Source: Thermodesulfobacteriota bacterium | Lineage (GTDB): Bacteria; Desulfobacterota; RBG-13-43-22 | DNA: 64,000 nucleotides | Direction of reading: 5' to 3' | NCBI GenBank assembly: GCA_040755035.1 | Contig: JBFMBU010000030.1 | Location: forward strand, 41,045 to 105,044 | Shown here: piece after piece, positions 19,541 to 30,416 of the stretch | How positions within the stretch are numbered: position 1 is the first letter of the stretch | Layout of the letters: each line of letters begins with the position of its first letter | Notes under the pieces: generated by a model | Databases searched by the model: none | What the model was told of the DNA's origin: nothing | Seen by the model: only the letters and a program-made list of their open reading frames with translations | Made by a program: the position numbers and the translations under genes

Positions 19541-21535
19541 ATGCCAGAAATCACTTCAATGATGGAAGAAACCAGGAAATTCCCCCCTTCCAAAGAATTC
19601 GTGGAACAGGCCCACATCAAAAGCCGAGAAGCTTATGAAGTCATGTGGAAGGAATCGGTCCAAAATCCCGAAAAATTCTGGGGTAATGTGGCCTCAGAGC
19701 TTTTCTGGTTTAAAAAATGGGACAAGGTGAATGAAGAAGATTTTAAAAACGCCAAGTTGCAATGGTTTATCGGCGGCAAGACCAATATTACTTATAACTG
19801 CCTCGACTACCAGATTGAAAAGGGTCGGGGGGATAAGACCGCCATCCTCTTCCAGGGGGAACCGGAAGAGGATGTTAAAAAGATCTCTTACAAGGATTTG
19901 TTGAGGGAGGTATCGAGGTTTGCCAATGTCCTGAAAAAGCGCGGCGTAAAAAAAGGGGACCGGGTGGCCATCTACCTGCCCATGATCGCCGAGCTACCCA
20001 TAGCCATGATGGCCTGCGCCCGCATCGGTGCCGTTCATACCATCGTCTTCGGCGGATTTTCAGCCGAGGCTTTAAGAGACCGTATCCTTGACGCCGGGGC
20101 CAAGGTCCTGATCACGGCCAACGGCTATTGGCGGGCCGGGCGGAAAGTCGGCTCCAAGGTCAATGCCGATGCCGCTGTCGGGTATTGCGCCAAACAGGGA
20201 CATACGGTGGAGACGGTCTTTATCGTCAAACGGCTTGAGGATTTTGACGTTTCCATGAACACCGGCCGAGACCTGTGGTGGGAGGAGGAAATGAATGCCT
20301 CCGATATCAGTGATACCTGTCCCGCCGAACCCATGGACGCGGAAGATCCCCTCTTTATCCTCTATACCTCCGGTTCAACCGGAAAACCCAAAGGGGTCCT
20401 TCATACCATCGGCGGTTATATGGTTTATACCTATCTGACTTTTAAGTATGTTTTTGACTATAAAGACCAAGATATTTATTGGTGTACGGCCGATATCGGC
20501 TGGGTGACCGGCCACTCCTATATCGTTTATGGTCCTCTGGCCAACGGCGCTACCTCCGTTGTCTTTGAAAGCGTTCCCACCTATCCCCAGCCGGACCGGT
20601 TCTGGCAGGTAGTGGAAAAATTCAAAGTCAACATCTTCTACACCGCTCCCACGGCCATCCGGGCCATCATGCGGGAAGGGGATAAATGGCCCATTGGCAG
20701 AGACCTTTCTTCTCTCCGTCTATTAGGCACGGTCGGGGAACCCATCAACCCCGAGGCCTGGATGTGGTATCACAAGGTGATCGGCAAGGAAAGATGCCCC
20801 ATAGTGGATACCTGGTGGCAAACCGAAACCGGCGGGATTTTACTCACCCCCCTGCCCGGGGCCTGGCCGACCAAACCCGGTTCGGCAACCCTGCCCTTTT
20901 TCGGTGTGGATCCGGTGGTTTTGAAAGGAAGAGGATCCGCCGACGAGCCGGCGAAGGAGGCCGGAGTCAATGAGGGAGGCGAGCTCTGTATCCGAAGATC
21001 CTGGCCCGGATTGATGCGGACGGTTTATGGAGAACCGGAGCGATTTTTTAATACCTATTTTGTCCAGCAACCCGGGTTTTATTTCTCCGGTGACGGCGCC
21101 CGGAAGGATGAGGACGGCTATTTCTGGCTCATGGGCCGAATCGATGATGTGGTCAATGTATCCGGACACCGGATCGGAACCGCTGAGGTGGAAAGCGCCC
21201 TGGTTTCTCATCCCCATGTGGCCGAAGCGGCAGTGGTCGGTTTCCCCCATGACATCAAAGGGGAAGACCTCTACGCTTATGTCATCCTTAAAGTGGGTTA
21301 TGAAGGGAGTGAGGAATTGAAAAAGGAACTGGTGGCTCATGTCCGGAAGGAGATCGGCCCCATCGCTTCACCGGGTAAACTGCAATTCGTTCCCGGTTTA
21401 CCGAAGACGAGGTCGGGCAAGATCATGCGCCGGATCCTTAGAAAAGTGGCCTCCGGTGAAATCAGCGCCTTAGGGGATACCACCACTCTGGCCGATCCGT
21501 CGGTTGTGGAAGAAATCGTCAAAGGAAGACTATAA
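19541..21535 (+). CDS. acs: Acetyl-CoA synthetase (AMP-forming)
   Basis: Length 664 aa; [14 protein letters not shown]-binding motif; Acs-like N- and C-termini. Confidence 0.9.
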   Translation: MPEITSMMEETRKFPPSKEFVEQAHIKSREAYEVMWKESVQNPEKFWGNVASELFWFKKWDKVNEEDFKNAKLQWFIGGKTNITYNCLDYQIEKGRGDKTAILFQGEPEEDVKKISYKDLLREVSRFANVLKKRGVKKGDRVAIYLPMIAELPIAMMACARIGAVHTIVFGGFSAEALRDRILDAGAKVLITANGYWRAGRKVGSKVNADAAVGYCAKQGHTVETVFIVKRLEDFDVSMNTGRDLWWEEEMNASDISDTCPAEPMDAEDPLFILYTSGSTGKPKGVLHTIGGYMVYTYLTFKYVFDYKDQDIYWCTADIGWVTGHSYIVYGPLANGATSVVFESVPTYPQPDRFWQVVEKFKVNIFYTAPTAIRAIMREGDKWPIGRDLSSLRLLGTVGEPINPEAWMWYHKVIGKERCPIVDTWWQTETGGILLTPLPGAWPTKPGSATLPFFGVDPVVLKGRGSADEPAKEAGVNEGGELCIRRSWPGLMRTVYGEPERFFNTYFVQQPGFYFSGDGARKDEDGYFWLMGRIDDVVNVSGHRIGTAEVESALVSHPHVAEAAVVGFPHDIKGEDLYAYVILKVGYEGSEELKKELVAHVRKEIGPIASPGKLQFVPGLPKTRSGKIMRRILRKVASGEISALGDTTTLADPSVVEEIVKGRL

Positions 21536-21583
21536 ACAACTATCTATGGATTCGGAAGCAGGAATTATTTACCAAACCCAGTG

Positions 21584-21623
21584 AGTTTCCATCCGGAATT
21601 AAAATAATTTCCGGATGGAAACT
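21584..21623 (+). promoter_or_regulatory. Perfect 15-bp inverted repeat (agtttccatccggaa / ttccggatggaaact, 10-nt loop) ending 17 nt before the MFS start codon
   Basis: Seen directly; contains the recurrent 14-mer in both orientations. Confidence 0.5.
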
Positions 21624-21639
21624 ATAAGGAAAAAATACA

Positions 21640-22929
21640 ATGGCGGCACACCCAGAAAAAGAACCGGGAAAGGCCTGGTTGGTGGTCTTTGCCGGGACGG
21701 CGATCAATCTTTGCTTAGGGATGCTCTACGCCTGGAGCGTTTGGAAAAAGGCCCTGGTCGATAAAACCAAGGCCGATGCCGGAGAGGTCATGACCGGCAT
21801 CAATGCCGGTTGGGCCTATCTGACCGATACCCAGGGTACGGTAGCCTATTTCCTTTGCGGACTTATTTTTGCCGTATTCATGATTCCCGGGGGCCGGTTG
21901 CAGGACCGCTACGGTCCCAAAATCGGGGCCACCCTGGGCGGCCTTTCACTGGCGCTGGGTTGCATCATCGCCGGTTTGATGAAGAGTTATTTGGGACTGA
22001 TCCTCGGATTCGGTATTCTGGGAGGGATCGGTATGGGTTTGGGTTACGCGGCCCCGACCCCGGCAGCCCTTAAATGGTTTGGATCACACCGGCGGGGTTT
22101 GATCTCCGGAATCGTCGTCGGAGGTTATGGGGGTGCGGCCATTTATATCGCCCCTCTGGCCCAGTACTTAATTGAAAAATACGGCATCTCCGGCAGTTTC
22201 ATTGGTTTGGGGATCATCTTCGCCATCGTGGTCGTCATTGCCAGTCAGCTTTTATCCCAGCCGCCGGCCGGTTATGTACCGGTCGGACCTCCCCCGGGAA
22301 AGACGACCAAACAAAGTATGGCCGCCCAGTCAGAGGATTACGCCCCTACAGAAATGATGGCCAAATGGCAATATTACGCCCTGGTCCTGATGTTTATCGG
22401 CAGCGCCCAATCCGGACTCTTGGTTATCGCCAATGCCGCCCCCATCCTGGCCAAGACAGCCGGGAAACTGGAATTTTTTGCCCAGAACGCCTGGATCATC
22501 GCCGCTTATGGAGGGCTGATCAACGCCATGGGACGGGTGGGATCGGGGCTCTATTCGGACAAAATCGGCCGGGGCAATGCCTATACAGTCAACCTGCTTG
22601 TTTCAGCGGTTTTTTTACTGGCCACCCCTTTTATCATTCATATGGAAAGTATCCCCCTCTTATTCCTGGCCACCGGCGTGGCTTATTGGCAATACGGAGG
22701 AGGACTCTCCATTATGCCCGCTTTTACGGCTGATTTTTTCGGATCGAAAAATCTGGGGGTCAATTACGGACTGGTCTTTCTGGGGTGGGGCCTGGGATTC
22801 CTGATGCCTCTGATCGCCGGCTTCATTAAAGACAGCACCGGGTCCTACAACTTATCTTTCTATATCTCGGCGACTATTTTGATCGTGGCTGTTATTCTCT
22901 GCCGGCTTTTGAAGAAACCGGTTAAATAA
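21640..22929 (+). CDS. MFS transporter, oxalate/formate antiporter (OFA) family-like
   Basis: 12-TM MFS; OFA-like N-terminus (WLVVFAGTAINLCLGMLYAWSVW). Confidence 0.75.
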   Translation: MAAHPEKEPGKAWLVVFAGTAINLCLGMLYAWSVWKKALVDKTKADAGEVMTGINAGWAYLTDTQGTVAYFLCGLIFAVFMIPGGRLQDRYGPKIGATLGGLSLALGCIIAGLMKSYLGLILGFGILGGIGMGLGYAAPTPAALKWFGSHRRGLISGIVVGGYGGAAIYIAPLAQYLIEKYGISGSFIGLGIIFAIVVVIASQLLSQPPAGYVPVGPPPGKTTKQSMAAQSEDYAPTEMMAKWQYYALVLMFIGSAQSGLLVIANAAPILAKTAGKLEFFAQNAWIIAAYGGLINAMGRVGSGLYSDKIGRGNAYTVNLLVSAVFLLATPFIIHMESIPLLFLATGVAYWQYGGGLSIMPAFTADFFGSKNLGVNYGLVFLGWGLGFLMPLIAGFIKDSTGSYNLSFYISATILIVAVILCRLLKKPVK

Positions 22930-22985
22930 ACCGGCTCGGAGCAGGGAATTCAGGGTTCGGAGTAAACCGTCTGAACTCTGAACTC

Positions 22986-24119
22986 CTATAATTTATGTAA
23001 AGGGAAGACCACCTCCTTAATATAGCCCACCACCCGGCGGGCCTCCTGCAAGGTCTTTTCCTTAACCTCCCCCTCGCTTAAAAATGGGTAGTCGTAAAGA
23101 CTGCCCACCTCCATTTCCGGCCCGAACATCATCCCCCCCACCAAACCGGCAAACTCGTCTACAGGCACGACTTCGTTGAGGATGGCCCAGGCCAAGGTCC
23201 AGCAGCGTGCCGTCCGATAAAGATCATATCCTCCTCCACCTAATCCGATCACCCGGGGGCAGAGCTCACGAATGCTTCTTACGGTCTGCTGATAGCCGTT
23301 GTTGGTCAATTTCAGATGGGTGAGGGGATCGGATATCAAGGTATCGGCCCCCAGCTCGGCTACAATGAGGTCCGGGGCAAAGGCCCGGACCAAAGGCGGG
23401 ACAACGCCCTCAAAGGCCAAGGCGTAAACCTCGTCATCAGTGCCGGGCTCCAAAGGGATGTTGACCGTATAGCCCTTTCCTTCTCCGGCGCCGATTTCCG
23501 TTTCCCAACCGGACCAGGGATAAAGGGTCTTTCCGGTTTCATGCAGGGAAATGACCAAGACCCTGGGATCTTCGTAGAAGGCCTCCTGCACCCCGTTCCC
23601 ATGGTGGGCGTCGCAGTCGATATAAGCGATTTTCAGATCCGGTTTTTTTTGCAGGAGGTCAAGTAGGGAAATCGCGATATCGTTCAAATAGCAGAACCCT
23701 TCAACATGGTTGGGCATGGCATGATGGAAACCGCCGAATGGGTTAAAGGCCGAATCGGCCTCCCCCTCCAGAATGCGTCTGAGGGCCTCATGGGTCCCTC
23801 CGGCAGCCTGCAAGGACCAGTCAAAAATCCCGGGGAGGATGGGATTGTCCTTGGTGCCCAGGCCGAATTCCATCATCTCAATTTCAAATTCACCCCTTCC
23901 GGCTTTCTCCACGGCCTGAATCAAGGCCGGTGTGTGGAAAAGGGTAAGCAAACCCGTATCCAAGGGTTGGGGGTCGAGGATGGTCATCCAGGGATGGTTC
24001 ATGACCCCGTAACGGTTGCACAGATCATAGGTCTTGATGGCCCGTTCCGGCTTATAGGGGTGATCGTATCCGAAATCAAAATGCCCCATGTCACCGGAAT
24101 AAACAAAAATCGTTTTCAT
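22986..24119 (-). CDS. Histone-deacetylase-family protein (AcuC/acetoin-utilisation-type deacetylase)
   Basis: HDAC motifs GFCYLNDIA and DCDAHHGNG. Confidence 0.8.
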   Translation of the reverse strand: MKTIFVYSGDMGHFDFGYDHPYKPERAIKTYDLCNRYGVMNHPWMTILDPQPLDTGLLTLFHTPALIQAVEKAGRGEFEIEMMEFGLGTKDNPILPGIFDWSLQAAGGTHEALRRILEGEADSAFNPFGGFHHAMPNHVEGFCYLNDIAISLLDLLQKKPDLKIAYIDCDAHHGNGVQEAFYEDPRVLVISLHETGKTLYPWSGWETEIGAGEGKGYTVNIPLEPGTDDEVYALAFEGVVPPLVRAFAPDLIVAELGADTLISDPLTHLKLTNNGYQQTVRSIRELCPRVIGLGGGGYDLYRTARCWTLAWAILNEVVPVDEFAGLVGGMMFGPEMEVGSLYDYPFLSEGEVKEKTLQEARRVVGYIKEVVFPLHKL

Positions 24120-24231
24120 TCCTGCCCCTTGGTCCGGTTTCTGTTTCTTTTCATTTTAGCCCCCCGGTCTTTATTGCGGTGTCAGGTTCTGGGATTTTGA
24201 ATTATTGTTGGAGAAGGTATCTCCTTAGCCC

Positions 24232-24261
24232 GTATCTCGTTCCTCGTGTCTCGTATCTCGC
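24232..24261. repeat. Four tandem heptamers (tatctcg ttcctcg tgtctcg tatctcg)
   Basis: CTCG(T/C) phased every 7 nt, about 115-140 nt upstream of the deacetylase start. Confidence 0.4.
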
Positions 24262-24310
24262 AATCCAAAAACGTAAAACGGGCGACCTTCTTTCCGTTAA
24301 GGGCAAAGGA

Positions 24311-24676
24311 TTATCCCAATACGTCCCCGATGAGGGCCAAAAGCCTCTGGGGAGAAATCGGTTTGGATAAAAAAAGCGTGGCCCCCACCTCCAGTCCGTG
24401 TTTCTGATCTTCCTCTTGATTCTTAGCCGATAAAAAGATAATCGGCGTGTCCCGGCAAATGGACTTTTCTCGGATTTTGGAACAAAGTTCGAAGCCGTCC
24501 ATTTCCGGCATGACGATATCGAGGATCATCAAATCAAACCGTTCTTGATCCAGTTTCTTCAGGGCCTCGGACCCCCGGGAAAAGGTACTGACTTCAAAAT
24601 TCTGGGATTTGAGCAGTTCCTTCAGGGCCATGAGGACCAATTCATCATCATCGACTATAAGGATACGTTTTACCAT
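24311..24676 (-). CDS. Stand-alone response regulator receiver domain
   Basis: Length 121 aa; DD...D...K receiver signature (VDDDELV, LMILDIVMP). Confidence 0.85.
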   Translation of the reverse strand: MVKRILIVDDDELVLMALKELLKSQNFEVSTFSRGSEALKKLDQERFDLMILDIVMPEMDGFELCSKIREKSICRDTPIIFLSAKNQEEDQKHGLEVGATLFLSKPISPQRLLALIGDVLG

Positions 24677-24711
24677 TTCCTGACTCCTTCAAGGTGAAAA
24701 CCCGGGATTGA

Positions 24712-27081
24712 TCAAGTCCGCTGATGTTTTTGGATTAGCGGAAGCAGGACTTTTACCTCGGTTCCACTCCCGACCTGGCTTTTTATTTTTAACCGGCCCC
24801 CGTGGGCTTCCACGATCCCGAAGCAAAGGGAAAGACCCAGACCGGTACCTTTCCCCACCGGTTTGGTGCTGAAAAAAGGTTCAAGGACCTTGCTCAGGAT
24901 CACCTCCGGAATGCCTTCCCCGGTGTCCTTAACCGAGGCCACCACCATGGGCGGTTCTTCCTCAACACTTAAATAGGTTTCTATGGTTATTTCCTTGGCG
25001 CCTTTTACATTTTCCATGGCATCCCTGGCATTGGAAATCAGGTTCAGAAACACCTGTTCCAGCTGTCCGGTGTCCCCTTTGATCTTAGGCAAACCGGCCG
25101 CTAATTTCCGGGTAACCATGACATTGTGGTTCAAGAGTTGCTGACCGGTGAGCATCAGGGCATTTTCGATAGGCAGGTTGATATCTATTTCCTGGAAATC
25201 AGATTCCGTTTGTCGGGAAAACTCCCGCAGGTGGTTGACGATCTTTTCGATGCGCTCGTTACAGCGGCCGATAATTTCCAAACGTTCCCTATTAGGGCAC
25301 TCTTCATGCAGATGGTTCATAATCACATGAAAGATGGTCTGAGAAGCCATGAGCGGATTATTTAATTCATGAGCCACACCGGCCACCAGTTCTCCCAGGG
25401 CCCGCATCTTGGAGGCCTCGACTAAGTAAAACTGGGCCTCTTTCAATTTGGCTTCCAACCGTTTCTGGTCGGTAATATTTTTGAATATGCCGGAGGTGCC
25501 GATGACTTTTCCGTCTTCGTCACGTAAAAGGGAAGCGGAGGTTAAAATGGTCAGGACCTCGCCGCCTTTACTTTTGACTTCCATTTCATAATGCTCAATG
25601 CTTTCATCGGCCCCGAGGAGATTCATGATGTCCCAGGCTTCCTGGATCCCCCGGACGTAAATCCTGGAGATATGCTGCCCCAGCAGTTCGGTTTTAGGGT
25701 ATTCCAGCATCTCCTCCATGGCCCGGTTCATATAGATGATTTTGCCTTTGAGATCGGTGGTGACGATTCCGTCCACCGAACTTTCCATGATGTTTTCCAG
25801 AAATTCCTTGGTCTCCCGCAATTCTTTTTCCAGGGATTTTCTAACGGCGATATTACGGACGATCTCCACAAAACCTTCGATTTCCCCTGAAGACCCGGAA
25901 ATGACGGTCAGGGAGGAATGGGCCGGGAAGCGGGACCCGTTTTTCCGCACCCGCTCCATTTCCTGGTCGCCCAGACCCTCGGTCCGGATCCGCTGCTGAA
26001 AGTCTTTAACCAGATCCGGCCCGGCCATCGGTCGATAATAGGTGAGGTCGATATGTTGTTTTCCGACTACCTCATCCTTTTCCCAGCCGAAAAGTCTTTC
26101 CGCCCCCTTATTGAATTCGGTGATAAGCCCGCGGACATCGGTGGCCATGATGGCGTATTGGCTGGTGCTCTCCAGGATGCTGGTCAGGAACAGGGAAAGG
26201 GCCCGGTACTTTTCCCTGGATTCCTTCAGATCGCTCGTCCTCACCTCCACCAGATTTTCCAGATTGGTGGTGTAGTCCTGAATTTTGGAGGCCATAACAT
26301 TGAAGGACTCTCCCAGCAAGCCGATTTCATCCCTGCCCAGTATTTCAGCTCTATGGGAAAGGTCTCCGGCCGACATACGGGCGGTAACACGGGTAAGGTT
26401 GAGAATCGGTCTGGTCAAGAAGTTGGATAATACGACGGTCAGACCTACGGCCAGGCTGATGCTTAAAAATAGCAAAAGATAAATATATTTTTCCGAATCA
26501 TACAAGGAACGGAAAATTTCCTCCTCGTAAGCCCCAGCAGAAATGATCCAGTCCCAGGGTTGAAAATAGATGAACTTGGAGATCTTCTGGCGGGCCTGGG
26601 TTTCCCCTAATTCGGGGTTCATCCAGGGATATCGGATGGTCCCGATCTTGCCGTCCCCCAAGGACCGGGCTGCTTTGATCATGGCCCGGATGTACTGAAA
26701 GCCGGAAGTATCGGTGGAATCCAGGATGTTTTCACCCTCTTTGGCCGGATGAATGCGTAAGACCCCCCGGCTGTCTATGGTGTAGGCATAACCGGTCTCC
26801 CCCACCTTGATCCGGCTGATGGTCTCTTTCAAGACCCGGAAGACCCGGTCTTTGTCCGCTGTTGACCACTGCTCAGCCGGCAGCCGCTCCTCTTGAGCCT
26901 TACAGAGGGCATAGAGGTTGTCCACCAAATGTTCCAGATCGGCTTCAGAGGCCTTTTTCAAAGATTCGTGAAAGCGGCCCAACCCGAAATAAATGACCAC
27001 CAGAAGGGGGATCAGGACTAAAAACAAACTGGAGATAATCAGCTTTTTCCGTATCTTCCAGTCATGAAAGGCCAGGGGCAT
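24712..27081 (-). CDS. Sensor histidine kinase (periplasmic sensor, HAMP, PAS x2, HisKA, HATPase)
   Basis: H-box VAHELNNPL; N, G1 and G2 boxes; start taken at MPLAFHDWK, since the track start would add 41 aa before the TM. Confidence 0.85.
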   Translation of the reverse strand: MPLAFHDWKIRKKLIISSLFLVLIPLLVVIYFGLGRFHESLKKASEADLEHLVDNLYALCKAQEERLPAEQWSTADKDRVFRVLKETISRIKVGETGYAYTIDSRGVLRIHPAKEGENILDSTDTSGFQYIRAMIKAARSLGDGKIGTIRYPWMNPELGETQARQKISKFIYFQPWDWIISAGAYEEEIFRSLYDSEKYIYLLLFLSISLAVGLTVVLSNFLTRPILNLTRVTARMSAGDLSHRAEILGRDEIGLLGESFNVMASKIQDYTTNLENLVEVRTSDLKESREKYRALSLFLTSILESTSQYAIMATDVRGLITEFNKGAERLFGWEKDEVVGKQHIDLTYYRPMAGPDLVKDFQQRIRTEGLGDQEMERVRKNGSRFPAHSSLTVISGSSGEIEGFVEIVRNIAVRKSLEKELRETKEFLENIMESSVDGIVTTDLKGKIIYMNRAMEEMLEYPKTELLGQHISRIYVRGIQEAWDIMNLLGADESIEHYEMEVKSKGGEVLTILTSASLLRDEDGKVIGTSGIFKNITDQKRLEAKLKEAQFYLVEASKMRALGELVAGVAHELNNPLMASQTIFHVIMNHLHEECPNRERLEIIGRCNERIEKIVNHLREFSRQTESDFQEIDINLPIENALMLTGQQLLNHNVMVTRKLAAGLPKIKGDTGQLEQVFLNLISNARDAMENVKGAKEITIETYLSVEEEPPMVVASVKDTGEGIPEVILSKVLEPFFSTKPVGKGTGLGLSLCFGIVEAHGGRLKIKSQVGSGTEVKVLLPLIQKHQRT

Positions 27082-27110
27082 CGGTTTCGCTCTTTTTTGG
27101 AGTTCAGGTG

Positions 27111-27126
27111 GTTTCCATCCGGAAAG
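27111..27126 (-). promoter_or_regulatory. Copy 3 of the recurrent motif GTTTCCATCCGGAAAG, about 30 nt upstream of the kinase start in the divergent kinase intergenic region
   Basis: Exact 14-mer match. Confidence 0.4.
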
Positions 27127-27408
27127 GATTTTCCCGGACGAGAACGGGTAGGATCGACCGTCCCTTTTCCTTTGACCGGCCTTACGACGGCCGCCATTGG
27201 TCACAAATTGAATTGATTATATCTTAAGCCCGAAATAGAGATCAAGGAGAAAGAAGAATAAGAGGCCTGCGCAGGTAAGGCCCGGTCTTTTCCGAGATAG
27301 GGAGAAAGAAGATGGTCTTGGGTAAAGCAGTTGCTTTTTGAAGAAAAAGATAATAGAAAAATAAAGGAAGGAAAATGGCGCTGCCGGTAGCTGGAAAAGG
27401 ATAGAGGC

Positions 27409-29115
27409 ATGAAAAAGCAATCTCCAAAGCAAGGAGGCTACGGCCGATTGTATCGGAATTTTATTGCTTTGATTTTTCTTACTTCTCTGGCTCCTCATCT
27501 TCTGGTCGGCTGGGGGATTTACTACTATTTTTCCAACTGGTCCCATAACCGATTAAAACAATACTTCCAAAACCAGATCGAAGATCATCGCAAGATTGTG
27601 GATCTCTTTTTAAAGGAAAGGATTTCCGACCTGGAGATGGTGGTTTATACCCATGCACCGGAACAATTGGAAGGACGGCAAAATCTTGGGCGTATATTCG
27701 AAGCCCTGAATCGGGGGGGAAGGTATTTCGTTGACCTGGGAGTGATCACCGACCAGGGCCGTCATCAATCCTATGTGGGTCCTTACTCATTGATGGACAA
27801 GGACTACTCCCAAAGCGGCTGGTTCCGGGCTGTGATGCAACAAGGAGTTTTTATCAGCGATATGTTCCTCGGCTTTCGGAATTCACCCCATTTCATCATA
27901 GCCGTAACGGGGAATAGCGGGGGGCGGCGCTGGATACTGCGGGCCAGCGTGGATACCGACTATTTCCGTTCCCTGGTTGAAAGCGTTCGTATCGGACAAA
28001 CCGGAGAGGCCTTTCTGTTGAACAGCGCCGGGCTTTTTCAAACCCGCCCCCGCTTCAATGGGGATATTATGAAAAGAGCGCCTTACCCTTTGGATTCTTT
28101 TAAAAAATCCAGTGAAGCGCAAGTGATCGAGGGCGCCAAAGAGGAATCGGGCCGGAATCTTCCCCGCCTGGTTCTGGCCTATGCCTGGCTGAAAAATCCC
28201 CGCTGGATTTTAGTGGTCAAACAGGAATATAACGAAGCCTTTAAAGACATCAATCGGGCCAATTGGGCCACTTTGATTTTCCTTCATTTGAGTAGTGTGG
28301 GCATCATCCTTTTAACCGTCACGATCACCTATTTCATCATCCGCATGATCCGTCGGCGGGATCAAAAAAACCGGGAACTGAACGACCAGCTCGTTCAGGC
28401 CAGCAAGCTGGCTTCCATGGGGGAAATTTCGGCCAAGGTGGCCCATGAATTGAACAGCCCTCTGGGAGGGATTTTGATTTATGCCAATTTACTGTTGGAA
28501 GACATTCCCGCCGAAGACCCCAAGCAAAAAGACCTGAAGGAGATCATCGAGCAGACCCTGCGCTGCAAGGAAATCGTCAAAGATCTTTTGGAATTCAGCC
28601 GCAAATCCAATTACCAGCGGGTCCCCTGCAGTATCAATCAATCCATTCAGGAAACCGTCGATCTGTTAAGCAAGCAATCCCTGGTCCGAAGCCCTCTGTT
28701 TTCAGGTCCCATTGTCCAACCGGGAATTCGGGTAGTTATGGATATCGACCCGGACCTGCCTCTGATTTCCGCTGATTTCAACCGGCTGAATCAGGTCATG
28801 GTCAATCTGATCATCAATGCCGTAGACGCCATGGATGGAAAGGGGACCCTGACCTTGCGCACCTACCGGGACAAACCAAATCGGAAAGTGGTCTTGGAGG
28901 TCTCCGATACCGGCCAGGGGATCCCACCGGAAAACCGGGAAAGGATTTTTGAACCCTTTTTTACCACCAAGGAGGTCGGAAAAGGCACCGGTTTGGGGCT
29001 GTCCACGGTTTATGGGATCGTCAAAGAATTCGAAGGGACGATCGAGGTGCGCAGCGAAGTCAAGGAAGGGACCACTTTTATTGTTGCCTTTCCCCTGGGG
29101 GAAATTCCGGCCTGA
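27409..29115 (+). CDS. Sensor histidine kinase (periplasmic Cache-like domain, TM, HisKA, HATPase)
   Basis: H-box VAHELNSPL; HATPase motifs. Confidence 0.85.
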   Translation: MKKQSPKQGGYGRLYRNFIALIFLTSLAPHLLVGWGIYYYFSNWSHNRLKQYFQNQIEDHRKIVDLFLKERISDLEMVVYTHAPEQLEGRQNLGRIFEALNRGGRYFVDLGVITDQGRHQSYVGPYSLMDKDYSQSGWFRAVMQQGVFISDMFLGFRNSPHFIIAVTGNSGGRRWILRASVDTDYFRSLVESVRIGQTGEAFLLNSAGLFQTRPRFNGDIMKRAPYPLDSFKKSSEAQVIEGAKEESGRNLPRLVLAYAWLKNPRWILVVKQEYNEAFKDINRANWATLIFLHLSSVGIILLTVTITYFIIRMIRRRDQKNRELNDQLVQASKLASMGEISAKVAHELNSPLGGILIYANLLLEDIPAEDPKQKDLKEIIEQTLRCKEIVKDLLEFSRKSNYQRVPCSINQSIQETVDLLSKQSLVRSPLFSGPIVQPGIRVVMDIDPDLPLISADFNRLNQVMVNLIINAVDAMDGKGTLTLRTYRDKPNRKVVLEVSDTGQGIPPENRERIFEPFFTTKEVGKGTGLGLSTVYGIVKEFEGTIEVRSEVKEGTTFIVAFPLGEIPA

Positions 29116-29222
29116 GAAGTAATTTTCTTGACAGAAAATACACCGGCTTATATTTTATTGGACGGCCGGTTATCTTTCCTGGTACCACTTAATAAAATAA
29201 CTTCAATCCCAAGGAGGCCCGC

Positions 29223-30416
29223 ATGTTCAAGAATGTTTTTATTCCTCACAAAGGATATTGGTCTTCACCTTTTTCCCGCTGGCAGATGTCCTTTCAAAAC
29301 ATCCATGCCATCGAGTTGGGCGCCCAGACCGCCAGGAAGTTCTTGGAACTGCGGGGGTGGTCACCGGATATTTTCGACGGTTGTGTCCTGGGCATGACCA
29401 TCGGCCAGCCGGCCTGGTTTTATTCCAATCCCTGGTTCTGCGGACTGTTGGGTAATGACCACATCGCCGGCCCAACCATTAGCCAGGCCTGCGCTACCAG
29501 CGCCACGGCCATTTACACCGGAGGATTATGGATCGAATCCGGCCATTATCAGAATGTGTTGGTGGCCACCATGGATCGCTGTTCCAACGGGCCTCACACC
29601 GTCTGGCCCAATCCCAACGGCCCGGGAGGAGAAGTGATCAGCGAAAACTGGAACATGGACAATTTCAACCGCGACCCCTACGCCGGTCAGGCTATGATCC
29701 GGACCTCGGAAAACGTGGCCTTGAAGTTCGGGGGGGTCAGCAAGGAAGAATCGGACGCCATGGCCATCCGTCGTTATGAGCAGTATTTAATGTCCCTGGC
29801 CGATGACCGGGCCTTTCAAAAGGAATATATGATTCCGGTGGAAACCCGGATTTCCAAAAAGAAAACCCTGGTCATCGAAGGGGATGAAGGCATCTCCCCT
29901 TGCACCCCTGAGGGATTGGCCCCGCTCAAACCGGTCCTGCCCGGCGGCTGCATCACCTTCGGGGCCCAAACCCATCCGGCTGACGGAAACGCCGGCCTGA
30001 TCGTCACCTTCCGGGAAAAGGCCAAGGAGTTGAGTCAGGACCAGTCCCTGTCCATCCAGTTGATCAGTTACGGCCGGGCCCGGGCGGAAAAGGCCCACAT
30101 GGCCGCTGCCGTTTCCCCGGCGGCCGAGATGGCCTTAAAAAACGCCGGGATCACGGTCAAAGACCTGCGGGCGGTAAAAACCCACAACCCCTTCACGGTC
30201 AATGATATTGTCATGGGAAAAGTAATGAACATCCCCGAGGCGATCTTCAATAATTACGGAAGCTCTTTGATTTTCGGGCATCCCCAGGGTCCCACCGGGG
30301 CCCGTTGTACCGTGGAACTGATAGAGGAGCTGATCAAGGTCGGCGGGGGATATGGGCTGTTTGCCGGGTGCGCCGCCGGGGACACGGCAGCGGCTTTGGT
30401 GGTCAAGGTCTATTGA
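29223..30416 (+). CDS. Thiolase-family protein (acetyl-CoA acyltransferase-like)
   Basis: N-terminal active-site QACATSA motif, C-terminal GHPQGPTGAR and GCAAGD motifs, RBS ccaaggagg. Confidence 0.7.
   Translation: MFKNVFIPHKGYWSSPFSRWQMSFQNIHAIELGAQTARKFLELRGWSPDIFDGCVLGMTIGQPAWFYSNPWFCGLLGNDHIAGPTISQACATSATAIYTGGLWIESGHYQNVLVATMDRCSNGPHTVWPNPNGPGGEVISENWNMDNFNRDPYAGQAMIRTSENVALKFGGVSKEESDAMAIRRYEQYLMSLADDRAFQKEYMIPVETRISKKKTLVIEGDEGISPCTPEGLAPLKPVLPGGCITFGAQTHPADGNAGLIVTFREKAKELSQDQSLSIQLISYGRARAEKAHMAAAVSPAAEMALKNAGITVKDLRAVKTHNPFTVNDIVMGKVMNIPEAIFNNYGSSLIFGHPQGPTGARCTVELIEELIKVGGGYGLFAGCAAGDTAAALVVKVY

Noticed and set aside
24232-24261. Possible CRISPR-like or other repeat array
   Set aside because: Only four 7-nt units with no spacers of CRISPR size; no cas genes are present in the window.
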